IMG/VR virus record: IMGVR_UViG_2896028454_000001
Coordinates: 3,450-67,449 of that record
Origin: a virus
Lineage: Duplodnaviria; Heunggongvirae; Uroviricota; Caudoviricetes
Direction: 5' to 3' (one strand)
DNA: 64,000 bases
Position 1 is the first letter of the stretch. Every line of letters begins with the position of its first letter. The notes beneath the pieces are model-generated. The model made no database searches and had not been told where the DNA came from. It saw nothing but the letters and a program-made list of their open reading frames with translations. A program made the position numbers and the translations under genes. Positions 54,219 through 64,000 of this stretch are shown here, piece after piece.

Positions 54219-54429
54219 GACGTACACCGTCATCGGCCGGTTCTCTGTGGCCCTCGGCCGCCGGTTCCTGCCCTTCCGGCTCGGCCGGTACCCGGTCACG
54301 GTCCCGCTCATCCCCGACCCGAACCGGCCCGGTCACCTCAAACCCGGGGACCACCGGCCCGCCCTTGCGAAGGCCCTACGCCGTATGGCGGACGACCTCG
54401 ACGCTCTCGCTCGGGAGGAACCGACCTGA
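54202..54429 (+). CDS. Hypothetical protein (75 aa)
   Basis: ORF. Confidence 0.35.
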   Translation: MARPPETYTVIGRFSVALGRRFLPFRLGRYPVTVPLIPDPNRPGHLKPGDHRPALAKALRRMADDLDALAREEPT

Positions 54430-54671
54430 TGGCTCACCCCATCGGCACGGTCTCCCTGAACGGCGACCGCGTCACCCTCGACACCCCGGCCGGGGAGTAC
54501 ATCATCGACCGCGGCACTCTCACCGCCCCGGTGGGGGAGGATGCCGCCCGCCGGGTGTTGGCCGGCCCCATGCTCCCGAAGGCGGCGACGCTGCTCCGGG
54601 AGGCCGCTGACCACCTGGACGCCCTGCACACCGAACGCATGGAGCGGCTACCTCACCGGCGGGGGTGCTGA
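54429..54671 (+). CDS. Hypothetical protein (80 aa)
   Basis: ATGA overlap. Confidence 0.4.
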   Translation: MAHPIGTVSLNGDRVTLDTPAGEYIIDRGTLTAPVGEDAARRVLAGPMLPKAATLLREAADHLDALHTERMERLPHRRGC

Positions 54672-55063
54672 TGGCCCGCCTTGAACGCCTCCCCGACCCG
54701 CCCACCCACACCCTCCACCTCACCGGCACCGAGCTGTACGCTCTCGGCCGGGCACTCTGGGCCGGGGTCCGAGACACGGACACACCCGACAACGTCCGCG
54801 CCGCCCAGGCCGGGATCATGCTCGCCATGGAAAGCCCCACCTTCCACGAACGCACCGCGACCCTCCTGGAGGATGCTGGCGCCCCGCTGCCCCCGGACGG
54901 CGAACGCACCTGGTGCACCCTTGTTCTAGGCCCCGCGAACGGCCTCAGGGTGTACGTCACCCCGAAGGACCAGGAGGTGTTTGCGCGACCGCTGGTCGAC
55001 GGTAGGAAGCACCGGTACGTCCGCAACCCTGACAACCCGGCCGTGTTCACCCACCAGGGGTGA
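54671..55063 (+). CDS. Hypothetical protein (130 aa)
   Basis: ORF. Confidence 0.45.
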   Translation: MARLERLPDPPTHTLHLTGTELYALGRALWAGVRDTDTPDNVRAAQAGIMLAMESPTFHERTATLLEDAGAPLPPDGERTWCTLVLGPANGLRVYVTPKDQEVFARPLVDGRKHRYVRNPDNPAVFTHQG

Positions 55064-55089
55064 CAAAGGACGCCCCACGGCCACGCGGA

Positions 55090-55437
55090 TCATCCCGACA
55101 TGGGTGACAACCACCCGAGAAGAGACACCACGAGCGCGGCCACCGCAATACCAATGCTGATCCATGTCCGGACCCGGTTTGCTCGGTTCTCCCGGCGGGC
55201 TTCCACCATGTCAGCTTCGGCCTTCTCCCGAGCAGCGCGCTCGCTGTCCCTCTGGGCCAACAGCAACGCAACCGACGCTCGGGTCTCGTCTGACGCGCCG
55301 TCCAAGCTGATCACCCCAGCACTGGTCACAACCTGCTTGACCGGGTTCTTCGGCCTCACAGACACATCGACGCTCCCCCCGAACCCCACGCGGGCGGCGG
55401 CGCTACCGGTGCGCTGCTCCTGGGCTTCGTCACTCAC
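55090..55437 (-). CDS. Minus-strand membrane protein (C-terminal TM)
   Basis: GTG start with GGAGG RBS on the minus strand. C-terminal WISIGIAVAALVVSLLGWL. Confidence 0.4.
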   Translation of the reverse strand: MSDEAQEQRTGSAAARVGFGGSVDVSVRPKNPVKQVVTSAGVISLDGASDETRASVALLLAQRDSERAAREKAEADMVEARRENRANRVRTWISIGIAVAALVVSLLGWLSPMSG

Positions 55438-55504
55438 ACGTACCTCCTTCTGGTTGAGGGTGGGACGGCACCCGCCTGGTACAGGTTCCGGAAGGGGGTG
55501 GCCG

Positions 55505-55888
55505 TTGCCTTCCCGCCCCCGACAGCCATGCAAGACCCCCGGCTGCCCGGAGAAAGCCCGACCCGGCAAACCCACCTGTACCGAATGCCGAACCCGCACG
55601 AACCGGGACCTGAGACAACGCCGCGGCCACTCCACCGCCCAGGGGTACGGCAGAGGTCACCGGCAACGGTTCCGCCCCGGGGTGTTGAAGCGGGACCGCA
55701 TCTGCCGCATCTGCAAGAAGGCCGAGGCCACCATCGCTGACCACCACCCGCTGGACCGCAAGACGCTGGTGGCCATGGGGTTGGACGCCGACAACCCCGA
55801 GTACGGGCGGGGCCTGTGCGAACCCTGCCACAACCGGTACACCGCCTCCACGAACCCGGGGGGCTGGTACAAGGGCGCCCCCTGGTAA
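55505..55888 (+). CDS. HNH endonuclease (third copy) with N-terminal zinc finger
   Basis: CKTPGCPEKARPGKPTCTEC. HSTAQGYGRGHRQRF...ICRIC...DH...CEPCH is the HNH core. TTG start after GGAAGGGGG. Confidence 0.55.
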   Translation: MPSRPRQPCKTPGCPEKARPGKPTCTECRTRTNRDLRQRRGHSTAQGYGRGHRQRFRPGVLKRDRICRICKKAEATIADHHPLDRKTLVAMGLDADNPEYGRGLCEPCHNRYTASTNPGGWYKGAPW

Positions 55889-56005
55889 CCCCACCCCCCT
55901 ACCAGGGGCACCACCCCCCGGGCACCCCACCCACCCCGGGGTCACCCCGCACCCAACCCCCGCAGCCCGGGGACACCACCCGCCGAGAGGGGAGGAGAAC
56001 ACCCC

Positions 56006-56536
56006 GTGCGCCACCCCTGCCCCACCCCCGGGTGCCCCCACACCACCCCCACCCGAACCACCCGGTGCGACCACTGCACCCGACGCACAGGACGAGCACA
56101 CCGCATCACCCTCGTCTGCGGGCCACCCTGCGCCGGGAAGAACACCTACGTCACCCAGCACGCCCAACCCGGCGACCTGGTCGTAGACCTCGACGCCCTC
56201 TACCGCGCGATCAACGCCAACCCCACCCGGGCCGACCACGACCAACCCGCCAGCCTCACCCCCTTCGCCCTCGACGCCCGCGACACCATCCTCCACCGGC
56301 TACTCCACGGCGACCACAACCTCCGCGCCGCCTGGATCATCCACTCCGCACCCAACCCAGCGACGCGAGCCGAATGGAAAGCTCGCGGCGCAAAAGTCGT
56401 GATGATCAACGCGAGCCTGGACACGCTCACCCACAGGGCACACCGGCAGCGCCCCACCGCATGGGTTGATCACATCCACGACTGGCACCGCCGCTACCAG
56501 CCCGGCCACGTCGACCAGACAGTCACCACCGGGTAA
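56006..56536 (+). CDS. P-loop NTPase, polynucleotide-kinase-like (AAA_33-type) with N-terminal zinc ribbon
   Basis: Walker A LVCGPPCAGKNTYV followed by DLVVDLD. N-terminal CPTPGCPH...CDHC. Confidence 0.5.
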   Translation: MRHPCPTPGCPHTTPTRTTRCDHCTRRTGRAHRITLVCGPPCAGKNTYVTQHAQPGDLVVDLDALYRAINANPTRADHDQPASLTPFALDARDTILHRLLHGDHNLRAAWIIHSAPNPATRAEWKARGAKVVMINASLDTLTHRAHRQRPTAWVDHIHDWHRRYQPGHVDQTVTTG

Positions 56537-56735
56537 CCACCCCCACCACCCCACCCCCACACAACCCGCCCCGTAAAACCGCAGGTCAAAGCCCGAACCC
56601 CACCCCGGCACCCCACCCAAGGGGGGAGGGGGGTTCAAATCGCTCTGACCTGGGATAACGCCGGGCGCGCGGGTGACTCTCTGAGCACGCCGACGAGTTT
56701 CCCGAAAAATATCCGGCCGGAAGGAGGTGGCGGCC

Positions 56736-57227
56736 GTGGGCAAGCGAGGCCCCCGCGAGAAACCCACCTCCCTCAAGCTCCTCGACGGCACCCGCCGCGA
56801 CCGGATCAACACCGACGAACCCCTCCCCGGGCAGGGCACCATCGCCCCGCCCGGGTGGCTGGTCGCTCTCCACAACCAGGCCGACCCCGCGTCCCCCTAC
56901 GAAACCGCCCTGGACGTGTGGAATCGGCTCGCCCCCGACCTCGAAGCGAAGATGGTCCTCACCCCATGGGATGTCGACACGTTCGCGGTGTGGTGCGACG
57001 CCGTTGTCCGCCACCGCGAAGCCGTTGACGAGATCACCCAGTACGGGGTCATGGTCGTCGGCCAGAAGGGCGAGCGGGTCAAAAACCCGGCCGTCCAGAT
57101 CGCCCGCGACTACGCGGAGACGATGACCCGCATCGGTGCCCGCTTCGGCCTCACCCCCTCGGACCGTGCCGGTCTGAAGATCGACCGGGAGGAGGTCAGG
57201 GGTGGAGCCGAACGATTCCTCTCCTGA
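56736..57227 (+). CDS. Terminase small subunit (P27-family-like)
   Basis: KGERVKNPAVQIARDYAETMTRIGARFGLTPSDRAGL is typical of the P27 small terminase family. Immediately upstream of the large terminase, with overlap. Confidence 0.7.
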   Translation: MGKRGPREKPTSLKLLDGTRRDRINTDEPLPGQGTIAPPGWLVALHNQADPASPYETALDVWNRLAPDLEAKMVLTPWDVDTFAVWCDAVVRHREAVDEITQYGVMVVGQKGERVKNPAVQIARDYAETMTRIGARFGLTPSDRAGLKIDREEVRGGAERFLS

Positions 57228-58914
57228 CCTGCCCGCGTGCTCCTGGACCCATGACGGCCTGACCTGCCCCGAGCAGGGCAACCACTTCTGTACCCCGCGC
57301 GCGAACCACGCCCAGGGGTTCATCGAAGAGGTCCTGGTGCACACCAAGGGCACCTACGCGCGCAAGCCGTTCATCCTCACCGACTGGCAGCGCGACGACA
57401 TCGTCCGGCCCTTGTTCGGGCAGGTTCGCTGGTCCGACGAGTACCAGGACTACGTCCGCCAGTACTCCACGGCGTGGATCGAACTGGCCCGCAAGAACGG
57501 CAAGTCCGAGATCCAGGCCGCGATCATGCTGTACCTGCTCGTGGCGGACGGTGAGGAAGAAGCCGAACTGTACGGGTGCGCCCGCGACCGCGACCAAGCC
57601 AGCCTGGTGTTCAACGTCGCCAAGCGCATGGTGCAGCTCTCACCGGTGCTGTCGCGCCGGTTGCAGGTCAAGGACGCCAACAAGCGCATCGTGGACCCGA
57701 AAACCGCGTCGTTCTACCAGGTGATCGCCGCCGACGCGGCCGGAGCCCTGGGCTACAACCCGCACGGGGTTGCGGCCGACGAGATCCTGGCGTGGCGCAA
57801 GCGGGACCTGTGGGACGCCATGGAGACCGGTATGGGTTCGGGGGCCCGCCGACAGCCGTTGATGATCGCGGCGACCACCGCAGGCAACGACCCGACCAGC
57901 TTCGCGGCGAACATGCACAACGAGATGCAGCGCATCTTCGACATGCCGGACCGGTCGGCGCACACGTTCGTGTACCTGCGCAACACCCCGGAGGACGCGG
58001 ACCCGTGGGATGAGGCGACGTGGAAGATCGCGAACCCCGCCCTGGGGGACTTCCTGTCGATCGAGAAGTTCCGGCAGGCCGCATCGGACGCACGGAACGC
58101 CCCGGAGAAGGAGAACGCGTTCCGCCAGTTCCGTCTCAACCAGTGGGTGCGCCAGTCCACCCGGTGGATGCCCATGCACCTGTACGGGGAGAATCCCGGC
58201 GAGGTGTGGTCCCACCCGGACCAGGCGCGCGAGGAGCTGGCGGGCCGGGAAGCCTACGGCGGCCTCGACCTGTCCGCGAAGTTCGACCTGACCGCGTGGT
58301 GTGTGCTCCTTCCCCCGGAGGAGAAGGGCGGCCCGGTCGATGTGCTGTGGCGGTTCTGGTTGCCCGAGGACGCCTTGCCGAAGCTCGACGAGGAGAACGA
58401 CGGCGCGTTCACCCGGTGGGCTGAACAGGGCTGGTTGACCATCACCGAAGGCAACATCATTGACTACGACCGGGTGTACGAGGACATCGGCGAGGACGGC
58501 GAACACTTCGCGTTCCGTGCCGCGCACGCCGATGAGTGGTCGATGTGGCCGGTCATCAACAAGGTCGCGGACCTTACCGGCCTGGACCCGGAAGAGGGCG
58601 AGATCGTCGCGTACAAGAACACCTACGACCGGATGACGCCGGGGTTGAACGAGGTCATGGCGTTGGTGAAGACCCGCCGGTTCGCGCACCACGGCAACCC
58701 GGTCGCGTCGTTCTGCTTCGACAGTGTCGAGGTGCGGCGCGCCCCGTACAACCCGGACCTGATCCGCCCGGACAAACCGGAGCGGGACAAGTCCGGGAAG
58801 CGCATCGACGGTGTTCCGGTGGCGGCGATGGCCGCGAACGCGATGGTCCTCAACGCCGACACCGGCGAGGGTTACCGGTCCGCTTACGAAGACCGCGGCC
58901 TCACCGTCGCCTAA
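57202..58914 (+). CDS. Terminase large subunit
   Basis: 570 aa. ATPase region then nuclease region with conserved acidic residues. Standard position before portal. Confidence 0.9.
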   Translation: MEPNDSSPDLPACSWTHDGLTCPEQGNHFCTPRANHAQGFIEEVLVHTKGTYARKPFILTDWQRDDIVRPLFGQVRWSDEYQDYVRQYSTAWIELARKNGKSEIQAAIMLYLLVADGEEEAELYGCARDRDQASLVFNVAKRMVQLSPVLSRRLQVKDANKRIVDPKTASFYQVIAADAAGALGYNPHGVAADEILAWRKRDLWDAMETGMGSGARRQPLMIAATTAGNDPTSFAANMHNEMQRIFDMPDRSAHTFVYLRNTPEDADPWDEATWKIANPALGDFLSIEKFRQAASDARNAPEKENAFRQFRLNQWVRQSTRWMPMHLYGENPGEVWSHPDQAREELAGREAYGGLDLSAKFDLTAWCVLLPPEEKGGPVDVLWRFWLPEDALPKLDEENDGAFTRWAEQGWLTITEGNIIDYDRVYEDIGEDGEHFAFRAAHADEWSMWPVINKVADLTGLDPEEGEIVAYKNTYDRMTPGLNEVMALVKTRRFAHHGNPVASFCFDSVEVRRAPYNPDLIRPDKPERDKSGKRIDGVPVAAMAANAMVLNADTGEGYRSAYEDRGLTVA

Positions 58915-59528
58915 TCCGCCGGTACGAGGATGGATCGGAGCATCGCACCGGCCGGGGTCAGAACGAACCGGTCGCCTTCCTGCGTGTACGCGAAGCCCTT
59001 CAACGCGGTGTCGGGCACCTGCTCGGCCGTGTCGTCCTGGAACGCGTCCAGCTCGGCACGGTGGGGGAGTACCGGCATCTGGTTGATGGGCATGTTCACC
59101 GGCCCGTCCTGCCACGCCCACACGCTCACCATCGGACGTAGCTCTTGGAGAGCGCCGGCCGCGTGGAGCACGTGTGCGTCCAAGCTGCCACCGTCGTTGG
59201 GCACGTTGATGGTGATCGGCCAACGCGGCGTGTGATCGTGCAGCAACCGCAGGAGCGCGCCCATTTGCCGCCATGGCCCGTTGGTGAACTCGGCCAGATC
59301 GAGCAACACCAGCGACCTCAGGTCGATGGTCGGGCCGAGGTGGGTGTCAGGAGTGATCTCGTGTAGGACCTGCTCGGGTTCCTCGCCTTTGTGTGCCAGG
59401 AACGTCTCCATGGCGGTGTCCTTGTCGGCTGCCCCGTTCACCCCAACCACAATTAGGGGTTCTGCGGGGGCCACGGCCACCATTGGGACGCCGGACTTTT
59501 CGTTCACCAGCATCACATGGACTGACAA
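58911..59528 (-). CDS. Hypothetical protein (205 aa), minus-strand insert
   Basis: Protein-like composition. Convergent with the terminase gene. Confidence 0.5.
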   Translation of the reverse strand: MSVHVMLVNEKSGVPMVAVAPAEPLIVVGVNGAADKDTAMETFLAHKGEEPEQVLHEITPDTHLGPTIDLRSLVLLDLAEFTNGPWRQMGALLRLLHDHTPRWPITINVPNDGGSLDAHVLHAAGALQELRPMVSVWAWQDGPVNMPINQMPVLPHRAELDAFQDDTAEQVPDTALKGFAYTQEGDRFVLTPAGAMLRSILVPAD

Positions 59529-59647
59529 CAGGGGCCTCCGCTCACAGGGGTTTCAGGGGGTTCCAGAGTCCTTCTCGGACAGTAGCGGACCCCACCAGCG
59601 CCCACCACCGGTTCGGCCAGTCCAGGCCGCTTTCTAGAACCGCGGGC

Positions 59648-60232
59648 TCACTGTCGCGTGACGAACCGGCCTTTGCCTCGCACGACCGTGACGAGCCCGG
59701 CCCCTTCCAACGCCGCGAAGGCGTGCCGGGCCGTCATCCGCGACACCCCGTACTCACGCTGAACATCCGCCTCGGACGGCAGCGCGTCATCCGGGGCCAG
59801 CTCCCCGCTGGTGATCCGCCTCCGTAGATCACGGGCGATCACCCGGAACGGTGCGCTCGCCTTCACCGGCAACTCCCCGCGCTCCTGGGCGGTGCACACC
59901 ACACGGCCCGAACCCGGGCGAGCCCGAACCCGGCGGTCCTTCTCCAACTCCGCCAGCGCCCGCCGAACGGTCGTGCGCGACACCCCGAACTCGGCCATCA
60001 ACGCCGACTCGGACGGGACCGGGGCCCCTGGGGTGAGCTGCCCCGACTCGATCCGGGCGGTCAGCTCCTTAGCGATCGCCCTGTAGGTGCCCCACTCCGC
60101 CCGCTGCCCCGACACGCTCATGCGCCCAACGTACCGGGCCAACCCAACCAGAGAAGGGGGGTGGCCCGCGTTGTTTGCCTGGCTCCGCCTGCTCCTCCGC
60201 CGTGAGGTCGTCGTGAACCTCCACGACGGCAC
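59648..60232 (-). CDS. Tandem GntR-type winged-HTH transcriptional regulator (no effector domain)
   Basis: Two copies of the GntR HTH signature: ALMAEFGVSRTTVRRALAELEKDRRV and ADVQREYGVSRMTARHAFAALEGAGLV. Confidence 0.6.
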   Translation of the reverse strand: MPSWRFTTTSRRRSRRSQANNAGHPPSLVGLARYVGRMSVSGQRAEWGTYRAIAKELTARIESGQLTPGAPVPSESALMAEFGVSRTTVRRALAELEKDRRVRARPGSGRVVCTAQERGELPVKASAPFRVIARDLRRRITSGELAPDDALPSEADVQREYGVSRMTARHAFAALEGAGLVTVVRGKGRFVTRQ

Positions 60233-60386
60233 GGGATTCCGCGGGGTCCTCTACCGCAAGGCCGGTGGCCTCGTGGAACTCCGCAACGCCGAACGCCTCG
60301 AACCCGGCCTGCCACCGGCCCAGTGTGACGGGGCGGTCGTCCTCGAACGGTCCCAGATCCTGTTCTGGCAGGTGGTGCCGTCGTGA
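60171..60386 (+). CDS. Small hypothetical protein upstream of portal (TTG start)
   Basis: AGAAGGGGGG RBS 8 nt upstream of the TTG. ATGA overlap with portal. Confidence 0.35.
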   Translation: MFAWLRLLLRREVVVNLHDGTGFRGVLYRKAGGLVELRNAERLEPGLPPAQCDGAVVLERSQILFWQVVPS

Positions 60387-62380
60387 GCATCATCGTGTCC
60401 GGCGGGAAACTCGAACAGGTCCGCGACCACGGCGGGTACACGCTCCCGGCCGCGATCCAGCTCGGCAACACCTGGGTGGAGTACGGGCAGATCTTCGACG
60501 CCCAACCGCAGGTGCAGACCGTGGTGTCGTTCCTGGCGCGCAACATCGCCTCGTTGACGTTGCACGCCTACGAACGCCGGTCCGACACCGACCGGGCCCG
60601 GCTCACTGACCACCCGCTCCCGAAGGTGCTCCGCAACCCGCTCCCCGGGCGGAAGCTCACCAGGTACCAGCTGTTCTACCGGATCGTCGCTGACCGGGCC
60701 ATCTACGACGACGCGTTCGTGGTCAAGCTCCGCGACGGCAACGGGAAGGTCATCGGCCTGCTGCCGGTACCCCGCCCGTGGGTGACCCCCGACAAGGGGA
60801 CGTGGATCGAACCCGCCGAGTACGTGGTGGCCGGGACCGTGCGTGTCCCGGCTGAGGACATGATCCACCTGCACGGGTACGCCGTCGACTCGCTGTGGCA
60901 CGGCACGTCCCCGATGGGGGCGCTCAGGAACATCCTCCTGGAGGAGTACGAGGCGAACCGGCACCGCCAGCAGATGTGGCGGAACGGGGCCCGCACCTCC
61001 GGGTTCATCCAGCGCCCGCAGATGAAGGGCAAGGACTGGTCGGAGGAGGCCCGCACACGGTTCCAACGCGAGTTCCGTGACCTGTACACCGGGGAAGGCG
61101 CAGACGCCGGAGGGGTGCCGGTCCTGGAAGACGGGATGACCTACGTCCCGGCCGGGCTCGACCCGCGGGCAGCCCAGTACATCGAGGCGCGCAAGCTCAC
61201 CCGCGAAGAGGTCGCCGCCGCTTACCACATCCCGCCCCCGTTGGTGGGCATCCTCGACCACGCCACGTTCTCCAACATCCGTGAGCAGCACAAACAGCTG
61301 TACCAGGACACGTTGGGCCCGTGGCTGGTCGACATCGACGAGGCGTTGGAGATCCAGCTCGTCCCCGAACTCGCGGACCCCGACCTGGTGTACCTGGAGT
61401 TCGACATCCGGTCGAAGCTGAACGGTGCGTTCGAGGAACGGGCCGCCGCCGCATCGTCGGCTGTGGGTGCCCCGTGGATGACCGTGAACGAACAGCGGGC
61501 GTTGGACAACCTGCCCGCCATCCCCGGCGGGGACGAACTGATCACCCCGCTCAACGTGACCAAGGGCGGGCAAGCGTCCCCCCGCGACTCGGCGCCGGAC
61601 CCAGCGGACACCGCGAAGACGACCAACCCGCCCCGGGTGAAGGCCCGCACCGTCCACCTGAAGATGGCCCCGCCCGAACACGCGGTGAACCAGGCGGAGA
61701 AGGAGCTGGCCCGGTTCTTCGACCGGCAGGCCCGCTCCCTCAGTTCCCTGCTCGGCGCTGCGAAGGCCCGCGGGCACCTGACCAAGGAGTCCGCGGCCTC
61801 GGTGAACTGGGACCGGTGGGAGGGCGAACTGGCCCTGGTCCTGACCCAGGTCAACCTGGCCACCGCCGCGCAGGCCGCTCGCGCCGCGTTGGAGGAGATG
61901 GGTGCCGACCCGGCCGACTACGACCCGGAGGCCACCGCGTTGTGGCTGATGGACAACGCGGCTGCGCAGGCACAGGCGACCACGGACACCTCCCGTATCC
62001 AGGTCGAGGAGGCGTTGGACGCGGAGGACCCGGCGGAGGCGTTGAAGGCCCTGTTTGCGGCGTGGGGGACGTCCCGTGCCGCTGAGTTGGCGCACCGCCA
62101 CACCCAGCACATCACCGGCTATACGTCGGTGAAGGAAGCCCGCAAGGTGTTCGGGTCCTCAGCGCGGAAGACGTGGCGGACCACGTCCCGCAACCCCCGG
62201 TCTTCGCACGTGCGGATGAACGGGCAGACCGTGCCGATCGACAGCAAGTTCTCTAACGGCGGCCGGTGGCCCGGCGACAGCCTGTTGTCCGCCCGTGAGG
62301 CCGCGAAGTGCAAGTGCATGTTGTCGATCACCGGCATCCCCGAAACCGACGATCCCGGCACCGTGCCGGACGAGGAGTAA
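60383..62380 (+). CDS. Portal protein
   Basis: 665 aa. Position after terminase. Conserved central portal region and acidic C-terminus. Confidence 0.85.
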   Translation: MSIIVSGGKLEQVRDHGGYTLPAAIQLGNTWVEYGQIFDAQPQVQTVVSFLARNIASLTLHAYERRSDTDRARLTDHPLPKVLRNPLPGRKLTRYQLFYRIVADRAIYDDAFVVKLRDGNGKVIGLLPVPRPWVTPDKGTWIEPAEYVVAGTVRVPAEDMIHLHGYAVDSLWHGTSPMGALRNILLEEYEANRHRQQMWRNGARTSGFIQRPQMKGKDWSEEARTRFQREFRDLYTGEGADAGGVPVLEDGMTYVPAGLDPRAAQYIEARKLTREEVAAAYHIPPPLVGILDHATFSNIREQHKQLYQDTLGPWLVDIDEALEIQLVPELADPDLVYLEFDIRSKLNGAFEERAAAASSAVGAPWMTVNEQRALDNLPAIPGGDELITPLNVTKGGQASPRDSAPDPADTAKTTNPPRVKARTVHLKMAPPEHAVNQAEKELARFFDRQARSLSSLLGAAKARGHLTKESAASVNWDRWEGELALVLTQVNLATAAQAARAALEEMGADPADYDPEATALWLMDNAAAQAQATTDTSRIQVEEALDAEDPAEALKALFAAWGTSRAAELAHRHTQHITGYTSVKEARKVFGSSARKTWRTTSRNPRSSHVRMNGQTVPIDSKFSNGGRWPGDSLLSAREAAKCKCMLSITGIPETDDPGTVPDEE

Positions 62381-62387
62381 CCACACG

Positions 62388-63296
62388 ATGATGCGCACGA
62401 AGTCCGTGCCCGTCCAGATCAAGGCCGCGGGGGAGCACGAGGGCACCGAGAACGGTGTTGTCGAGGCGATCGTCGCGACCTACGACAAGGACTCGGTGGG
62501 GGACAAGATCGCCCCCGGGGCGTTCACGAAGACCCTGGAGGAGTGGGCGGCGTCCAAGGACCCCATCCCGTTCATCTGGTCGCACGACTGGTCCAACCCC
62601 GACGCGCACATCGGCGTGATCGAGGAGGCCAAGGAAACCAGTGAAGGGCTGTGGATCAAGGCCCGCGTCGACCTGGAGGAGCCGTTCGCCGCGAAGGTGT
62701 ACCGGCTGTTGAAGGGCCGCCGGGTCAAGCAGTTCAGCTTCGGCTACGAGGTCAAGGAAGGCGCCTACGTCGACCTGAAGAACGACGATGGTTCCTACTC
62801 GGGGTTCTACGAGCTGCGGGAGCTGAAGCTGTTCGAGGCCGGCCCCTGCCTGGTCGGCGCGAACCAGAACACGAGCCTCGGCGTGGTGAAGGCCGCGGAC
62901 ACCGGTCTCACGGAGGACCGGGTGCGGGCGATCGTCGCTGAGGTGCTGGCTTCCAAGTCCACCCCGGACCCGGAACCCGCCCCGACCGGCCCTGACCCGG
63001 AACCGGAACCCGCCCCGGAACCCACCGGCCCGGCCACCGCGGACCCCGAACCCGCCCCGGAACCCGAGCCCACCCCGGACACCCCCGGATGGGACACCAT
63101 CACCACCGCCCTCGCGGCGCTCTCCGACCAGGTCAAGCACCTCACCGACCAGCTCGCCCAGCAGCCCACCCCGGCACCGGAACCGGCCGCCACCGACGAC
63201 GCCCCCACGGGTAAGTCGGCCGCGCCCGAACCCCCGGCCCCGGACCCGCTGCGCGCCCAGCTCGCCGACCTGACCGCCAACCTGGCCGACCTGTAA
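62388..63296 (+). CDS. Prohead (head maturation) protease, HK97/S78-like, with a Pro/Glu-rich C-terminal extension
   Basis: ELKLFEAGPCLVGANQNT matches the L.EVSLV..PAN motif region. Position between portal and capsid. C-terminal PEPAPEP repeats. Confidence 0.7.
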   Translation: MMRTKSVPVQIKAAGEHEGTENGVVEAIVATYDKDSVGDKIAPGAFTKTLEEWAASKDPIPFIWSHDWSNPDAHIGVIEEAKETSEGLWIKARVDLEEPFAAKVYRLLKGRRVKQFSFGYEVKEGAYVDLKNDDGSYSGFYELRELKLFEAGPCLVGANQNTSLGVVKAADTGLTEDRVRAIVAEVLASKSTPDPEPAPTGPDPEPEPAPEPTGPATADPEPAPEPEPTPDTPGWDTITTALAALSDQVKHLTDQLAQQPTPAPEPAATDDAPTGKSAAPEPPAPDPLRAQLADLTANLADL

Positions 63297-63403
63297 CCCA
63301 CCCCGAAACCCACACCATGCAGGCCACACCAGCCCCGCCACCCTCCCGGGTGTGCCCGGCCCCCGGTGCCGCCTCGCTCCTTCCCACGGAACGAGGAAAA
63401 CCG

Positions 63404-64000
63404 TATGTCCCGGAAGACCCTGGACGAACTGAAGACCGAACTCCAGGTCCACGCCAAGGCCGCCTCCGACATCAGCGACGCCGCCGACGCCGCGGGCCGC
63501 GACTTCACCGACGACGAGCGCGCCACCGTCCAGCGCCACATCGAGGCGGGCGTGGAACTCGCCAAGCAGATCAAGGCCCGGCAGGGAGACAACGCTCTCC
63601 GCGACGCCCTGAAGGAATTCGAAGGCGTCGAGTACGAGCCCGGCGGTGAGCGCCAGGAGCCGCGCGGCAAGAACGACCTGGGCGGTAAGAGCCTGGGTGC
63701 GCACTTCACCGAGTCGGCCGAGTTCAAGGACCTGCTCGCCCAGAAGACCGGCCAGCACTTCAACTCCAACCAGCGCATCAACTCCCGCCCGGTGGCGTAC
63801 AAGGACCTGCTGACCGGCGGCGACCGCACCAGCGCGGGTGGCCTGGTCCGCCCCGACTACCGGGGCCTCCAGCTCGGTTTGGACCCGTTCATGCGCCCGC
63901 TCACCATGCGGGACCTGGTGACCGGGGCGACCACCACCTCGGACACCATCGAGTACACGTACATCGACGCTGTCACGAACCGGGCCGAGTTCGTCGCGGA
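63404..64000 (+). CDS. Major capsid protein (HK97 fold), 5' partial; runs off the window end
   Basis: N-terminal coiled-coil delta-like region LDELKTELQVHAKAASD. Position after the protease. No stop within the window. Confidence 0.65.

Noticed and set aside
55498-55740. 80-aa ORF starting at ATG 55498
   Set aside because: The overlapping frame starting at TTG 55505 encodes a complete HNH endonuclease with a zinc finger, so the 55498 frame is the artefact.
1-64000. Tyrosine or serine integrase / temperate lifestyle call
   Set aside because: No integrase-like ORF was found in the window. Repressor-like and Xis-like genes alone are insufficient, so lifestyle is left open.

Overview
This window looks like one contiguous segment of a high-GC (about 68-70%) actinobacteriophage genome of the Streptomyces-phage type. 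The family assignment is inference from GC content, codon usage, frequent GTG/TTG starts with GTGA/ATGA overlapping stops, and gene content. Almost all genes are on the + strand. The order is: an early switch region with a RusA resolvase, then a replication module (initiator carrying internal ori-like iterons, a DnaC-like loader, a DnaB-like helicase, SSB, two DnaQ-like exonucleases, a beta-clamp-like protein, a Rad52-like annealase), then a DpdA/TGT-like gene next to a Thg1-like gene, then a HAD phosphatase plus RNA ligase pair, then a C5 cytosine methyltransferase with a DUF2493/SLOG protein and three HNH endonucleases. Between about 36.2 and 46.0 kb sits an array of at least 16 small ORFs. 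Most are preceded by a cassette made of a conserved promoter-like element (TTGCAM-N3-GGTTAGAGTTCGTGY-AATAAT) and a conserved stem-loop whose 8-nt purine loop AAGGGAAG is invariant while the stem covaries, followed by a CCACCAGAAAGG-type RBS. After that come two tandem tRNAs (Tyr-GTA, Trp-CCA), a block of minus-strand insert genes, and the start of the packaging/head module (small and large terminase, portal, prohead protease, major capsid). The segment also carries several distinct palindromic operator families, a low-GC minus-strand insert encoding a membrane protein, and a minus-strand insert with a tandem-GntR regulator between terminase and portal. No integrase was seen in the window. Coordinates of coding features are anchored to the supplied ORF track; non-coding coordinates were hand-counted and are approximate (+/- 2 nt). 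Many antisense and overlapping ORFs in the track are high-GC frame artefacts and were not called.
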